DNA from: the human T2T-CHM13v2.0 reference genome, Homo sapiens
Assembly: GCF_009914755.1 (NCBI RefSeq)
Contig: NC_060929.1
Strand: one strand, 5' to 3'
Length of the DNA: 64,000 nt
Shown here: one piece after another, positions 51,830-64,000 of the stretch
How positions within the stretch are numbered: the stretch's first letter is position 1
Layout of the letters: each line of letters begins with the position of its first letter
Program-made: the position numbers and the translations under genes
Notes under the pieces: model-generated
What the model saw: the letters and a program-made list of their open reading frames with translations, nothing else
Databases searched by the model: none
What the model was told of the DNA's origin: nothing

Positions 51830-52295
51830 TATCATTTAGGGTCCAAAAGTACAAAGGGCACTCTCAAAATAGGATAATATGAGGAGGAGTTATTTACAAA
51901 GAGACCAGTTAAAAAGATGGAGGCAAAATAATACCAGAACCCAGGGTTAACAGCCTTAAACCAAAAGAGTGAGGATACAGAAAAGTCACCAGAACTCATT
52001 CTGCAGGAAAAAAAGTTGTAGAGTAGGCTGCCTTGAAAGAAGCAATACCTTTTGGTCAGGGGACAGAGCCAGCCTGAGGAGACCTTGTAAGCAAAGAGTA
52101 AGAGATATAAATACTTTGACCTTACACTCCTCTTTGATCTTCTAACAGGGCACCCTACTGGCCAAACCCAAACAAAAGCCAGAGGGCATGGGAGACTCTT
52201 GATGTAGTCCATTCAGGTCAGCCTCCTGAGGCAGAGAATGTGGTTGAGAAAGAGTCAAGAGTATATCTAAAGTAGTAAAGATAAGATATCTATCT
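51830..52295. mobile_element. ERVL-class solo LTR remnant (LTR33-like)
   Basis: ctggccaaacccaaacaaaagccagagggcatgggag...gatgtagtccattcaggtcagcctcc motif. Confidence 0.55.
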
Positions 52296-52497
52296 CATCT
52301 TCCCATTTCAGTCATAAATCTGACTTCAATTTCTGTCCTTTTTCATTCAGGGTTTACTTGAGGTTTATATATAGAGGCGTCTTAGGTTATTTGTTTAGTT
52401 TGCATGTCTAAAAATTTTATTAGAAAGTTAAGCTTGACATTTTGAACTATTTTATTTACCTAAACTTTGTTTGTGTTTGTTTGGCTTGATTTTGCAG

Positions 52498-52601
52498 GTG
52501 ATGATGATGAAATTCCTCAGGAACTGCTCTTAGGAAAACATCAGCTTAATGAACTTGGCAGTGAATCTGCTAAAATAAAAGCAATGGGTATAATGGATAA
52601 G
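52498..52601 (+). CDS. NIPBL: NIPBL exon 15 (104 nt)
   Basis: ttttgcag|GTGATG...TAAG|gtatct; DDDEIPQELLLGKHQLNELGSESAKIKAMGIMDK. Confidence 0.96.
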
Positions 52602-53096
52602 GTATCTCACCAAAGTAAAATTTATAAATTTACTTCATAGAAACATTTGAAATTAATTTAAGGTTTTCAGGGTAAATTATAAAATTTATGTAAAGTAAAT
52701 AGTAAAAAGAAAACTCATTGTTGACTTCTGAGAGTCTAAATGAGTTTTTTTGTTTTTTTACAAAAGAAAAAAGTATTCTGCAGATTATTCTAAAGAGAAT
52801 CATATTACTGCATTGAAAGAGGCATGGACTTTAATTTTTTCCAGAGTTTTTTTTTTTCATTTTCTCAAATATTTAGATTATTTAAATGCAGAAATATATT
52901 AAATTTTTCTTTGACATTTGCTTTAGTCATTTAGGGTCGTTGAGTAGAAGTTCTAAGTGGGAAAGTTTTCTTACTCTTTAAGAGGGTGACAATGCTATTT
53001 CCTCCATAGCTCAAAGGGAATAATTGTACAGATTGTTTCTTGAATAATATATAACTTTTACCAACGATTGATAAAGAATTTATATTGCTATTTTAG

Positions 53097-53183
53097 CTTT
53101 CAACTGACAAAACTGTGAAAGTCTTAAATATCTTGGAGAAGAATATTCAGGATGGGTCAAAGCTTTCCACTTTGTTAAATCAT
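53097..53183 (+). CDS. NIPBL: NIPBL exon 16 (87 nt)
   Basis: attttag|CTTTCA...CAT|gtaagt; LSTDKTVKVLNILEKNIQDGSKLSTLLNH. Confidence 0.96.
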
Positions 53184-53236
53184 GTAAGTTTAAGATCCAT
53201 ACTGTTAATTTTACCCTTAATGTTATTAAGATCTAT

Positions 53237-53508
53237 AGTAGTCCCCCACTTCTCTATTGTTTCATTTTCCATTTTCTCAGTTACCTACAGTCAACTGTGA
53301 TCTGAAAGTAGGTGAATAATTTTTATTACAGTCTATTGTTCTGTTTTTTATTGTCATTAATCTCTTCCCATGCCTAATTTATAAATTAAGTTTTATCTTA
53401 GGTATGTATGTATAGGAAAAAACATAGTGTATATCGGGTTTGATAGTATCCATGGCATGCACTCGAGGTCTTGGAATCTATCATCTGTCCATTAGGGAGG
53501 GACTAATG
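53237..53508. mobile_element. MER44-like Tigger fossil
   Basis: agtagtccccc...cagttacctacagtcaactgtgatctgaaa...gtatgtataggaaaaaacatagt...gggactaatg. Confidence 0.75.
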
Positions 53509-54235
53509 TGAATTTTTTCACAAATGACTCTCATGTGGGGGAAATTTCACATTTCGTTAATTTGAGCATGTTACCATGAATTACTAGTTACATTCATTAG
53601 CATTGCTAGTAGAACTTCACTTTTAGTAATTCAGAATTAATGTTACACATTGTCAATTCACAGCTTTGCCATAAAGTAAGAATAATAAAGACATGAAAAT
53701 GTTTGTCAATTTAAGGGGCAGTTCTTTAGTTTATGCTCTTCCTTATGTAAGTATATGAATGTTTAAATTTTGTTTTTGAGTTATGAGATGATAGTAGGTA
53801 GTAATTCTTTTTGTTGAGCTTCCCTGAAGAAATAACATAGTTAGAAACCTTATGATTTCCTAATATATACTAATTAATATACATTACTCCTTATATACCG
53901 TTTTTATACCTACCTCAAAGGGTTGTTCAAAGGATTAAAGAATTAATTCATGTAAAGCACTTAGTGTCTGGCACACTTTAACTTCTCAGTAAATGTTAAC
54001 TCCAGCTGTTACTATATTTTAATATGCTTATATCAAAAGCAGTAGCAACATGCTTGCAATGGTTTATTAATTGAGTGAAGCAAATTTCCTGGGATTTGCC
54101 TTCCTAGCATTGTAGTGGACTATGAATTATATGTGCATTCAAATTGATCTTGATATCTCTGACATTAATGAATGCAAACACTAATGCTTATAGGCATTTA
54201 GTAAGTTCTGAGTTGATAAATTTTCTTTCTCTCCC

Positions 54236-54542
<307 letters not shown>

Positions 54543-54807
54543 AAATTTTCTTTATTTTTAAAAGCCTGATTATAAAAGTAACATATTTATTGTAGAAAAT
54601 TTCCAAAACACAGAAAGCACCAAAAAAGCTATATTCTAATCCAGCAATGACCATTTTGAACACTTTTGATATATATACTTCTCATGTATACGTATGTAGT
54701 ATATATATTTAATATACAAGCACTAGATTTTATTTTATCTTATGAGGGAAATGCTCTTGGTGTTTACAAAAGCCACAGGATTGCTAGGGGATCTACATGG
54801 AATAAAA

Positions 54808-55024
54808 CAAGCTTGTCCAACCTGTGGCCCACTGGCCCGTGTGGCCCAGGACAGATTTGAATGCAGCCCAACACAAATTCGTAAACTTTCTTGAAACATG
54901 AGGATTTTTTGCAATTTCTTTTTACGCTCATCAGCTATCGTAATTGTTAGTGTATTTTATATGTAGTCCAAGACAATTCTTCTTCCACTGTGGCCCAGGG
55001 AAGCCAAAAGATTGGACACTTCTG
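54808..55024. mobile_element. MER30-like hAT fossil with 8-bp TSD
   Basis: caagcttgtccaacc...gattggacacttctg; GAATAAAA at 54800-54807 and 55025-55032 (8-bp TSD is typical of hAT). Confidence 0.85.
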
Positions 55025-56192
55025 GAATAAAATATGTAGAAAAATAATCTCAGGTGGTTGTTTTCTGGATTATTAAATATATTTATATTTTTAAGTGCCC
55101 TCTCTTTACTTTTTGCATCACAGAAACAAAGGCTTAGAGAAACCTAAAGTAACAATCTACTCCATTGTTAGTCTACAAGTTACTTAAATACTTCGCCAAG
55201 AAATTGTGATAATCATCATCAGAAATCTAGAGTTCTGGAGAGCTGGCTGACTCAGTCTTAAGGAAATTACTTTCATCCCTAAAAACCGTAACAGTATTTA
55301 ATATGTTGTGGATAGCCTTAACGTTTGGCATGAATCATGAGCCTCCTTAACTGACTCTTCCAAACAAACAGCAATGTTCGCATCAAAGACAAGCTACTTT
55401 ATCTTTCCTTTGTGAGGTTTTAGGCATTACTGAACAGAAAGCCCTGTCTGCTTTACATATTATATATCGTGTTTTTGTTCGTTTTCCTAGGGTATAAGCT
55501 TTGAATTGGAAGTAGTCCTGTAATATAGTTTATATTTCATAACTAAAGATGTGATAGAAGGATTTTTACTTTAACAGTGAGATTACTCCTAATTTGCAAT
55601 GTCAAGTTGCTGATGTGTAAATTAAAATAAAGTCTTCTGTCAGTTCTTAAATTATCCATTTAAAAAAAGTCTTCATTAGTCTGCATATTACTACTTTTTA
55701 ATCTCAGTTTCAGAAACTGTGTTGTCGAAAAGCAGGTGTTAGGAATGATTGTCAATTTTAGTACTAAGTAAGATTTTACCCTTTGTCATTAATTTTTGCT
55801 TTGTTATCACAGCAGCAAGCAGAATTTATAAAGTCTTTAAACTATCATAATGTTTATACCCAAAACACAAAATTAATTTATATGCAGTTAAAGTCATAAG
55901 CTAAATCTTAAATTCGGATAAAGCACACAAAGGATATAAAGATAATTATAACTTTGTCAGTAGGGTGTCATCTAGTGGTGAAATGAGGTAGAGTATATCA
56001 CGTTTGAAAACATTGAAACACAAATCGTGCTCAAAGTAGTATCAGTATTTGTACCTCATTCTGGATATTCTTAAAAGAATTAACACACATCATAACACTT
56101 TTCCACCAGTGAAAATCAAATCATAATTTTAATGTATATTTTAAACCTATAAATGTGTTTATTTCCATTTCATTAACAATACTGTTTTACAG

Positions 56193-56424
56193 AATAACGA
56201 TACTGAAGAAGAAGAAAGGTTATGGAGAGACCTTATTATGGAGAGAGTTACAAAATCAGCGGATGCTTGTCTTACAACTATCAACATTATGACATCCCCT
56301 AACATGCCAAAAGCTGTGTACATTGAGGATGTAATTGAAAGAGTTATACAGTACACTAAATTTCATTTGCAGAATACACTTTATCCTCAGTATGATCCTG
56401 TTTACAGATTAGATCCTCATGGAG
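56193..56424 (+). CDS. NIPBL: NIPBL exon 17 (232 nt)
   Basis: ttttacag|AATAAC...GGAG|gttagt; NNDTEEEERLWRDLIMERVTKSADACL...YRLDPHG. Confidence 0.97.
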
Positions 56425-57158
56425 GTTAGTTCGTATAATATCAAAATTATTGTAAATTTTTGCCATGTTAGATGAGTCAAAATAGGACTTAAAATGGCAC
56501 CAAAATTTTTGAATCATATAACTTGTAATAAACACTGATTTTGATTATGGATTTGACTAGAATATAGTACTTGTTCAATTATAATTTCTTTAGGAACATT
56601 TATATATAATAGAAGTTATTTCTACTTGTCAGGGAAAATCTCAGAAAATACTACCTTCTGGTTTCATTTATCACTTCGCCCTAATTTTACCCAAAATAGC
56701 AGTTGTCTACAAAATGGATTGATTCAAGATAAATACTCCTTTTCTTGTTCTTAACCTTTATAAATGAGCAATGAAATGTATACATTTGAAGGGAGTAAGG
56801 TCATACCTAAGTATAGTTCCTGAATAATGAACTTGACGATCTATTGTATAACTGCAAATTAATTTAAAGGGAAATATAATCTTACTATCCTGCTCCAATG
56901 GAGAAAAGTAGAAATCAAGATAAAATAATATTTTAGATACAGGGATTTAATAGCTGCTGAAGATTATCTGATGCAAGAATGTTTCTAATAGAATATCTCT
57001 AGAGAGTAATTTTCTATTTTAATAAATAAAAAGCTTTATCTTCCAGGTTCTGTAGCTAGAAAATTGTGTTCTCTTAATTCAAAAAACAGTTTGAGTACTG
57101 TTTATTAAAAATTATTAAAAGTTGATGTTTTCCTTATCTTGAATTTGTTTCATTTTAG

Positions 57159-57310
57159 GAGGCTTATTAAGTTCAAAAGCAAAACGGGCTAAATGTTCTA
57201 CCCATAAGCAGAGAGTAATAGTAATGCTTTATAACAAAGTTTGTGACATTGTTAGCAGCTTATCAGAATTGCTAGAGATACAACTTCTTACAGACACAAC
57301 AATTCTTCAG
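57159..57310 (+). CDS. NIPBL: NIPBL exon 18 (152 nt)
   Basis: cattttag|GAGGC...TCAG|gtaaga; GLLSSKAKRAKCSTHKQRVIVMLYNKVCDIVSSLSELLEIQLLTDTTILQ. Confidence 0.96.
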
Positions 57311-57843
57311 GTAAGATTTTTTGGTAAGCATTTTGTATATTTCTAAACTAAATGATTAAGTCTAGTATAACCTAGCTCACTCAATAATAAGACCAGCACT
57401 ATATTATCAAGAATTTTTCCTGTTAAGAGTATGTTATATCTAAATCGAAGAAATAAAACTTGAGGAGTTTTAAAAAGACATTTTATCAGGAGACAAACAA
57501 ATGTAGTGTAAATTCCAAACTCTAAATTCTTTGAAAGATGGGTTATATTTTCATGCAGATATTAAATGTTTGTTATTTCTTTATATTCCTGTGACATTTG
57601 TAAACTCAAAAAGTAGAGATTAGAGGACTGATAGCTATGATACAATGTACCTGTTGTATATGCTAACGTGCTTTGAGGATGAAGGGAAACAGAGAAAAGA
57701 ATAGATGCTGATTAGGTGGGGAAAAGAAAAAATGCTTTCTTAGTGTTTTCCAGTAAGCTTATGAATGTATTGGAATTTAGTAAGATAGAATGTTACTGAA
57801 ATCAACTAAAGGTGTATACTACTTACTCTTCTTTTTTAAACAG

Positions 57844-57924
57844 GTTTCATCTATGGGAATAACACCATTTTTTGTGGAAAATGTCAGTGAACTACAGTTG
57901 TGTGCCATTAAGTTAGTCACTGCA
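57844..57924 (+). CDS. NIPBL: NIPBL exon 19 (81 nt)
   Basis: ttaaacag|GTTTCA...TGCA|gtaagt; VSSMGITPFFVENVSELQLCAIKLVTA. Confidence 0.96.
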
Positions 57925-58458
57925 GTAAGTATAATCAATTTGTATTTTTAGTTACCCCACAAATAAAACAATATTGATGTCATTTAATCCAAATTTCCAA
58001 AAAATAATGAAGATACCTGGTTTTCAGTACATTCATTTCAATCTAAGGACTATTTTACTAAGTCTTATTAGACTTTATTAATTGAGGATTTATTTTTCTG
58101 TTTGGTTAATTTGTTGGGTTATTCTGTTTTTGTCACATTTAAAACACTTCCAAATATTTGCAAATATTTCAGCTAATAATTCCTTGATATTTATAATAAA
58201 GTTAGAATGGTTTAAAATCATTTAAATTCTTGTCTGACTGCCTATAGCCAAGATTTCATAGTCCTTTAAATGAAACTAGTGTACTCTTTGACTTCTATAA
58301 GAATGTTATAATTAATGATAGGAAAATAGAGCAGCTTACCTTAGATACTGAAAACATTTTCATTCTAAATGGCAGGTAATTTTTTAAATCACATGATATT
58401 ATTTTTTGGTTTGTTTTCTATTATAAGTTTAACTTGGAATCTTATAATTACTAAACAG

Positions 58459-58559
58459 GTATTCTCAAGATATGAAAAACATAGGCAGTTAATTTTGGAA
58501 GAAATTTTTACTTCACTTGCAAGATTACCAACCAGCAAGAGGAGTTTAAGGAACTTCAG
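58459..58559 (+). CDS. NIPBL: NIPBL exon 20 (101 nt)
   Basis: ctaaacag|GTATTC...TCAG|gtaatt; VFSRYEKHRQLILEEIFTSLARLPTSKRSLRNFR. Confidence 0.96.
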
Positions 58560-58771
58560 GTAATTAATTATAACAGAGGTCAAGTTTAATGAAGAACCAC
58601 CATTATATTGAACCGTCATACATTTATTCTTCATTTCTGTCTGATTTATATTTTAATAATTAAAAACTAGGCAGTTACATCAGAACAGCATGAAAAATAG
58701 ATGTGTGAAATAACATGGCATATTTAGGGGGCTTAGAAAACTTCACTGATTCTCAAGGGTAAAGATCTGTG

Positions 58772-58980
58772 GCAGGGTTTTTCAGTGTTGGCACTGTTGA
58801 CATTTTAGGCCATATAACACTTTGTTATGCATAGCTGTCTAGTGGAATACAGCATGCTCAGCGGCATCCCTGACCTCTACCCATTAGGTACCAATAGACA
58901 CCCTTCCTCCTTCCAGTTGTGACAACCAAAATTATTTCCAGGCACTGGAGAGCAAAATCATTCCTTAATATGAACCACTA
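58772..58980. mobile_element. MER20-like hAT fossil
   Basis: ggcactgttgacatttt...gcatccctgacctctaccca...ccagttgtgacaaccaaaa...gaaccact. Confidence 0.8.
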
Positions 58981-59922
58981 GTCAGTGAGAAGATCTTGTT
59001 CATCCTGTTGGAAATATGGCTCAAAATAATCAGATCAGTTCAAAGAGGATTTTATAAGATTTTTGTGTCTCAAAAAAAAAAATAAAAAACAGAAAGATTA
59101 ATGGCAGTATGGAGAATAAACATGGGGATTAAATGCTCTTTAATCACTAAGCACACTGTTAATAAGGAGTGTTACCCACTGCTATGGTCAGCATTATTGT
59201 CTTTGCCATCATAGATAATCACCGGAATTATCTTAATATTCCTGAGTGATTAAAAGTGTTGACGTGGCATATAGGATTGTTTTTAAGATTGCTTTGAAGG
59301 CTTCTTTCTTCTCTAAAATAATTATTTTATCTTAATCATTTTTTGGACTAATTGTATACTGATAAACATTTATTGTCTGTTAAACCTGAAGAAAAACTAT
59401 GAAGAAAAACTATCAACACATAAAAGAATCCTTAGATTTTTTACAATATCTATAGAACAAAAGATGTGGAAATTGATTTTTTATAATCTGTGCTACCAAC
59501 ACTAGCATAGATGATCAAGAGCTGTGTAGCAGATTTTAATACCAAATGAATAACAGATTCAGCAGATGAATAGCAAAATATATGGGCATTTGGAAACTTT
59601 GAAGACTTTTATCATTTTCAAAATCATTTTGAGAAATGTTTAGTAGTAGTATGAATTTTTATCTGCAATGTATGTAAAGCATACAAATTTGTATTAAATA
59701 CTGTATTTTTCCTTTGACTATTTTAATTATCTCAGCATGCATAGGCATTTACTTGATGTTTTTGCTAACTTACAACAAATAATTACACATAAGAACACAA
59801 TAAGCACTAAGATCATGCCTAGAAATATTGGCAAACACAGTATCGTGAAACTTTCAGACAATAGATGACATTTAAATGAGATTATCTTGATACTCCATAC
59901 AAATTTTTTTTCTTCATTAAAG

Positions 59923-60061
59923 GTTAAACAGTAGTGATATGGATGGAGAACCTATGTATATTCAGATGGTTACAGCACTGGTTTTACAACTTATTCAGTG
60001 TGTGGTACACTTACCATCATCAGAGAAGGACTCTAATGCAGAAGAAGATTCAAATAAAAAA
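59923..60061 (+). CDS. NIPBL: NIPBL exon 21 (139 nt)
   Basis: cattaaag|GTTAAAC...AAAA|gtaagg; LNSSDMDGEPMYIQMVTALVLQLIQCVVHLPSSEKDSNAEEDSNKK. Confidence 0.96.
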
Positions 60062-60077
60062 GTAAGGAATCTATTAA

Positions 60078-60441
<364 letters not shown>

Positions 60442-60499
60442 AAAGCTGATGTTCTTAATTAGAGGTTCATGGCTGGGCTTTAAGGTCCTTTTAGAGCAC

Positions 60500-60690
60500 T
60501 AGACATGGTGTTGGAAGAGTTGAGTTCTGGTTCTGTTGTATCTATCAGTCATAAAACATATAAATCATTTTAATCTTTCTGAGTTTATTCTTCAGCTGTA
60601 AAATGGAGGTGATAATACTTATCAAAACTGCTATACCAGGTTGTAAGGGTCAGTGAGATATTAAATGTGAAAGTGAATAATACAATATGT
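60500..60690 (+). mobile_element. MIR remnant
   Basis: tttaatctttctgagtttattcttcagctgtaaaatggaggtgataatactta...ggttgtaagggtcagtgagata. Confidence 0.6.
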
Positions 60691-60700
60691 AATATATATG

Positions 60701-60845
60701 CATGTTGAGTATCCCTGATCCAAAAATCTAAAATCGGAAATGCTCTAAAATCTGAAACTTTTTGAGTACCAAAATGATATTCAAAGGAAATATTCATTAG
60801 GGCATTTTGCATTTCATATTTTCAGATTAGGGGTACTAAACCCAT
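60701..60845. mobile_element. Tigger4/MER46-like fossil
   Basis: ttgagtatccctgatccaaaaatctaaaatcggaaatgctctaaaatctgaaactttttgag...cagattaggg. Confidence 0.75.
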
Positions 60846-61110
60846 ATATAAATACATAACATAGGATTATAATTAACATTAAATTCATGTGGAAAATGAG
60901 TTTATTCCCTCCCTAATAGGTAGCTCATGCCGACGATTTGCGTTTGGTTTTACAGCTTTTGGAGATGTTTAGAATTTTTCCAAGTGTATACTTTTATCTC
61001 AACAAAAGTTTAAGAGAAACAAATAATTTTGTTTATCTACTGTTAGAGCCAAGCATATGTGTGTATCTTTTTGGGAATAATAATAAATATGTAATAATTA
61101 TTAATAACTG

Positions 61111-61415
61111 GACAGGCACTTTGGCTCATGCCCATAATCCCAGCACTTTGCGAGGTCAAGGTGGGCAGATTGCTTGAGGCCAGGAGTTCAAGACCAGTTG
61201 GGCAACATGACAAAACTCTGTCTCTACAAAAAATACACAAATTAGCTGGTCATGTTGTTGTGCACCTGTCATCCCAGCTACTCAGGAGGCTGAAACAGGA
61301 GGGTCGATTGAGCCTTGAGAGATCGAGACTCAGTGAGCCGAGATTGTGCCACTGCACCCTGGCCTGGATGACAGAATGAGAACCTGTCTAAAAATGAATG
61401 AATGAAAGAAAGAAA
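61111..61415 (+). mobile_element. Alu, AluJ-like
   Basis: Diverged dimer with (GAAT/GAAA)n tail. Confidence 0.85.
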
Positions 61416-61971
61416 GTCAAATACTCTCTGAAAAGTTCAGATCCTCTTTATTTCTCCCATCCCAATCCCATTGTTTGTCTCTAGTCTTCCTTTCCTAACC
61501 ATTGGTGACAAGTATCATGAATATGTTTCTTTCTTTCTTTTAATTATTTTTATGTAAATTTGATATACAATTATTTCATTTTTACGTAAAGGACAGTGAC
61601 ATATTTACAGCTAATTTTTTCACTCAACATCGCTTTTAATACATACAACTCATACTAGATTGTTTTTTACTTGAGTTAAAAACACCATATCATAGAATCA
61701 CAACTTAAAGCAAAAGTTTCTGTAGATACACTTAGAAGTAAAATTAAGATAGTATACATGCATTAAATTTACTGGAAGTTGTCAATTTGCTTACTAAAGT
61801 GGTGTTTCAGTTTATAGCCCTACTTCTTACTTAAAATTATGGTCATTGAGAAATACCCATCTTATTTTGCATTTTCCTGGTTATTAGTGAGCTTGAGCCC
61901 CTTTTCCTATAGTTATTTGTCTGTTGTATTTTTATAACTGTGAATTGACTGTTTATATCTTAATCTTTAAA

Positions 61972-62168
61972 TTTCTTTTTTTTTTTTTTCTTTTTGTTTT
62001 CTTTGAGACAGGGTCTCACTCTGTTGCCCAGGCTGGTTGCAGCAGCGTGATCACAGCTCACCACAGCCTCAACCGCCTAGGCTCAAGTGATCCTCCCACC
62101 TCAGCCTTCCGAGTAGCTGGAACTACAGGCACGCGCCACCATGCCGGGCTAATTTTTTTTTTTTTTTT
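61972..62168 (-). mobile_element. Alu right-arm fragment
   Basis: Poly-T, gagacagggtctcactctgttgcccaggctgg...gggctaatttt. Confidence 0.85.
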
Positions 62169-62292
62169 ATCTTGGTGATATTCTCTTTTTATTTATTTTG
62201 TCTTTATTCAGTAATCTGCTTTGATATCCTGAATCAGTATTTCCTTAGGTGGAGAGAGTTTTCATATATTGAATATTAGATTCTTTCTCCAA

Positions 62293-64000
62293 TTTTTTTT
62301 TTTTTTTTTTTTTTTTTATTCATTCTTGGGTGTTTCTCGCAGAGGGGGATTTGGCAGGGTCACAGGACAATAGTGGAGGGAAGGTCAGCAGATAAACAAG
62401 TGAACAAAGGTCTCTGGTTTTCCTAGGCAGAGGACCCTGCGGCCTTCCGGCCTTCCGCAGTGTTTGTGTCCCTGGGTACTTGAGATTAGGGAGTGGTGAT
62501 GACTCTTAAGGAGCATGCTGCCTTCAAGCATCTGTTTAACAAAGCACATCTTGCACCGCCCTTAATTCATTCAACCCTGAGTGGATACAGCACGTTTCAG
62601 AGAGCACAGGGTTGGGGGTAAGGTCACAGATCAACAGGATCCCAAGGCAGAAGAATTTTTCTTAGTACAGAACAAAATAAAAAGTCTCCCATGTCTACCT
62701 CTTTCTACACAGACACGGCAACCATCCGATTTCTCAATCTTTTCCCCACCTTTCCCCCTTTTCTATTCCACAAAACCGCCATTGTCATCATGGCCCGTTC
62801 TCAATGAGCTGTTGGGTACACTTCCCAGACGGGGTGGTGGCCGGGCAGAGGCGCCCCTCACCTCCCGGACGGGGGGCTGACCCCCCCCCACCTCCCTCCT
62901 GGACGGGGCAGCTGGCCGGGCAGAGGGGCTCCTCACTTCCCAGTAGGGGCGGCTGGGCAGAGGCGCCCCTCACCTCCCGGACGGGGCGGCTGGCCAGGCG
63001 GGGGGCTGACCCCCCCACCTCCCTCCCGGACGGGGCGGCTGGCCGGGCAGAGGGGCTCCTCACTTCCCAGTAGGCGCGGCCGGGCAGAGGCGCCCCTCAC
63101 CTCGCGGATGGGGCGGCTGGCCAGGCGGGGGGCTGACCCCCCCACCTCCCTCCCGGACGGGGCGGCTGGCCGGGCGGGGGGCTGACCCCCCCACCTCCCT
63201 TCCGGACGAGGTGGCTGCTGGGCGGAGACGCTCCTCACTTCCCAGACAGGGTGGCTGCTGGGCGGAGGGGCTCCTCACTTCTCAGACGGGGCGGCTGCCG
63301 GGCGGAGGGGCTCCTCACTTCTCAGACGGGGCGGTTGCCAGGCAGAGGGTCTCCTCACTTCTCAGACGGGGCGGTCGGGCAGAGACGCTCCTCACATACC
63401 GGACGGGGTGGCAGGGCAGAGGTGCTCCCCACATCTCAGACGATGGGTGGCCGGGCAGAGACGCTCCTCACTTCCCAGATGTGATGGTGGCCGGGAAGAG
63501 GCGCTCCTCACTTCCTAGATGGGATGGCGGCCGGGCAGAGATGCTCCTCACTTTCCAGACTGGGCAGCCAGGCAGAGAGGCTCCTCACATCCCAGACGAT
63601 GGGCGGCCAGGCGGAGATGCTCCTCACTTCCCAGACGGGTTGGCGGCCGGGCAGAGGCTGCAATATCGGCACTTTGAGAGGCCAAGGCAGGCTGCTGGGA
63701 GGTGGAGGTTGTAGCCAGCCGAGATCACGCCACTGCACTCCAGCCTGGGCACCATTGAGCACTGAGTGAACGAGACTCCGTCTGCAATCCCAGCACCTCG
63801 GGAGGCCGAGGCTGGCGGATCACTCGCGGTTAGGAGCTGGAGACCAGCCCAGCCAACACAGCGAAACCCCGTCTCCACCAAAAAAATACGAAAACCAGTC
63901 AGGCGTGGCGGTGCGCTCCTGCAATCGCAGCTCTCGGCAAGCTGAGGCAGGAGAATCAGGCAGGGAGGTTGCAGTGAGCCGAGATGGCAGCAGTACCGTC
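62293..64000 (-). mobile_element. SVA retrotransposon, antisense to NIPBL (truncated by window edge)
   Basis: T25 tail with tttatt (AATAAA on -), SINE-R at about 62320-62810, GC-rich VNTR at about 62820-63655 (ctcctcacttcccagacggggcggc units), Alu-like domain at about 63655-64000. Confidence 0.97.

Noticed and set aside
62581-63881. Cluster of GC-rich ORFs (72-167 aa) on both strands
   Set aside because: Products of the SVA VNTR and Alu-like domains, which are poor in stop codons

Overview
AT-rich vertebrate genomic DNA (human or very close great ape, given Alu, L1 and SVA content) lying wholly inside NIPBL (cohesin loader, delangin/SCC2) on the + strand. The window runs from the end of intron 1 through exon 2 (start codon 3533) to exon 21 and the start of intron 21. 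Twenty GT-AG exons splice into one open frame of 4560 nt (residues 1-1520): N-terminal MAU2-binding region, Q-rich and disordered region, PETPKQK repeats, PxVxL HP1 motif, basic NLS-like region and the start of the HEAT-repeat half. Exon numbering follows the standard annotation as I recall it; boundaries were read from the sequence. Introns hold about 20 Alu/FLAM copies, L1 fragments, MER/Tigger DNA-transposon fossils, MIR/L2, an ERVL-type LTR and an antisense SVA running off the right edge; subfamily names are by eye and tentative. The most unusual structure is a 144-bp, 100%-identical inverted duplication (49080-49223 vs 50991-51134) bracketing exons 12-14 (360 nt, frame-preserving); the second copy sits in a 180-bp insertion with multi-template-switch junctions. 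Other leads: a 58-nt stop-containing cassette in intron 9, an in-frame alternative terminal exon in intron 11, two uORFs in exon 2, and a 72-bp Z-DNA tract.
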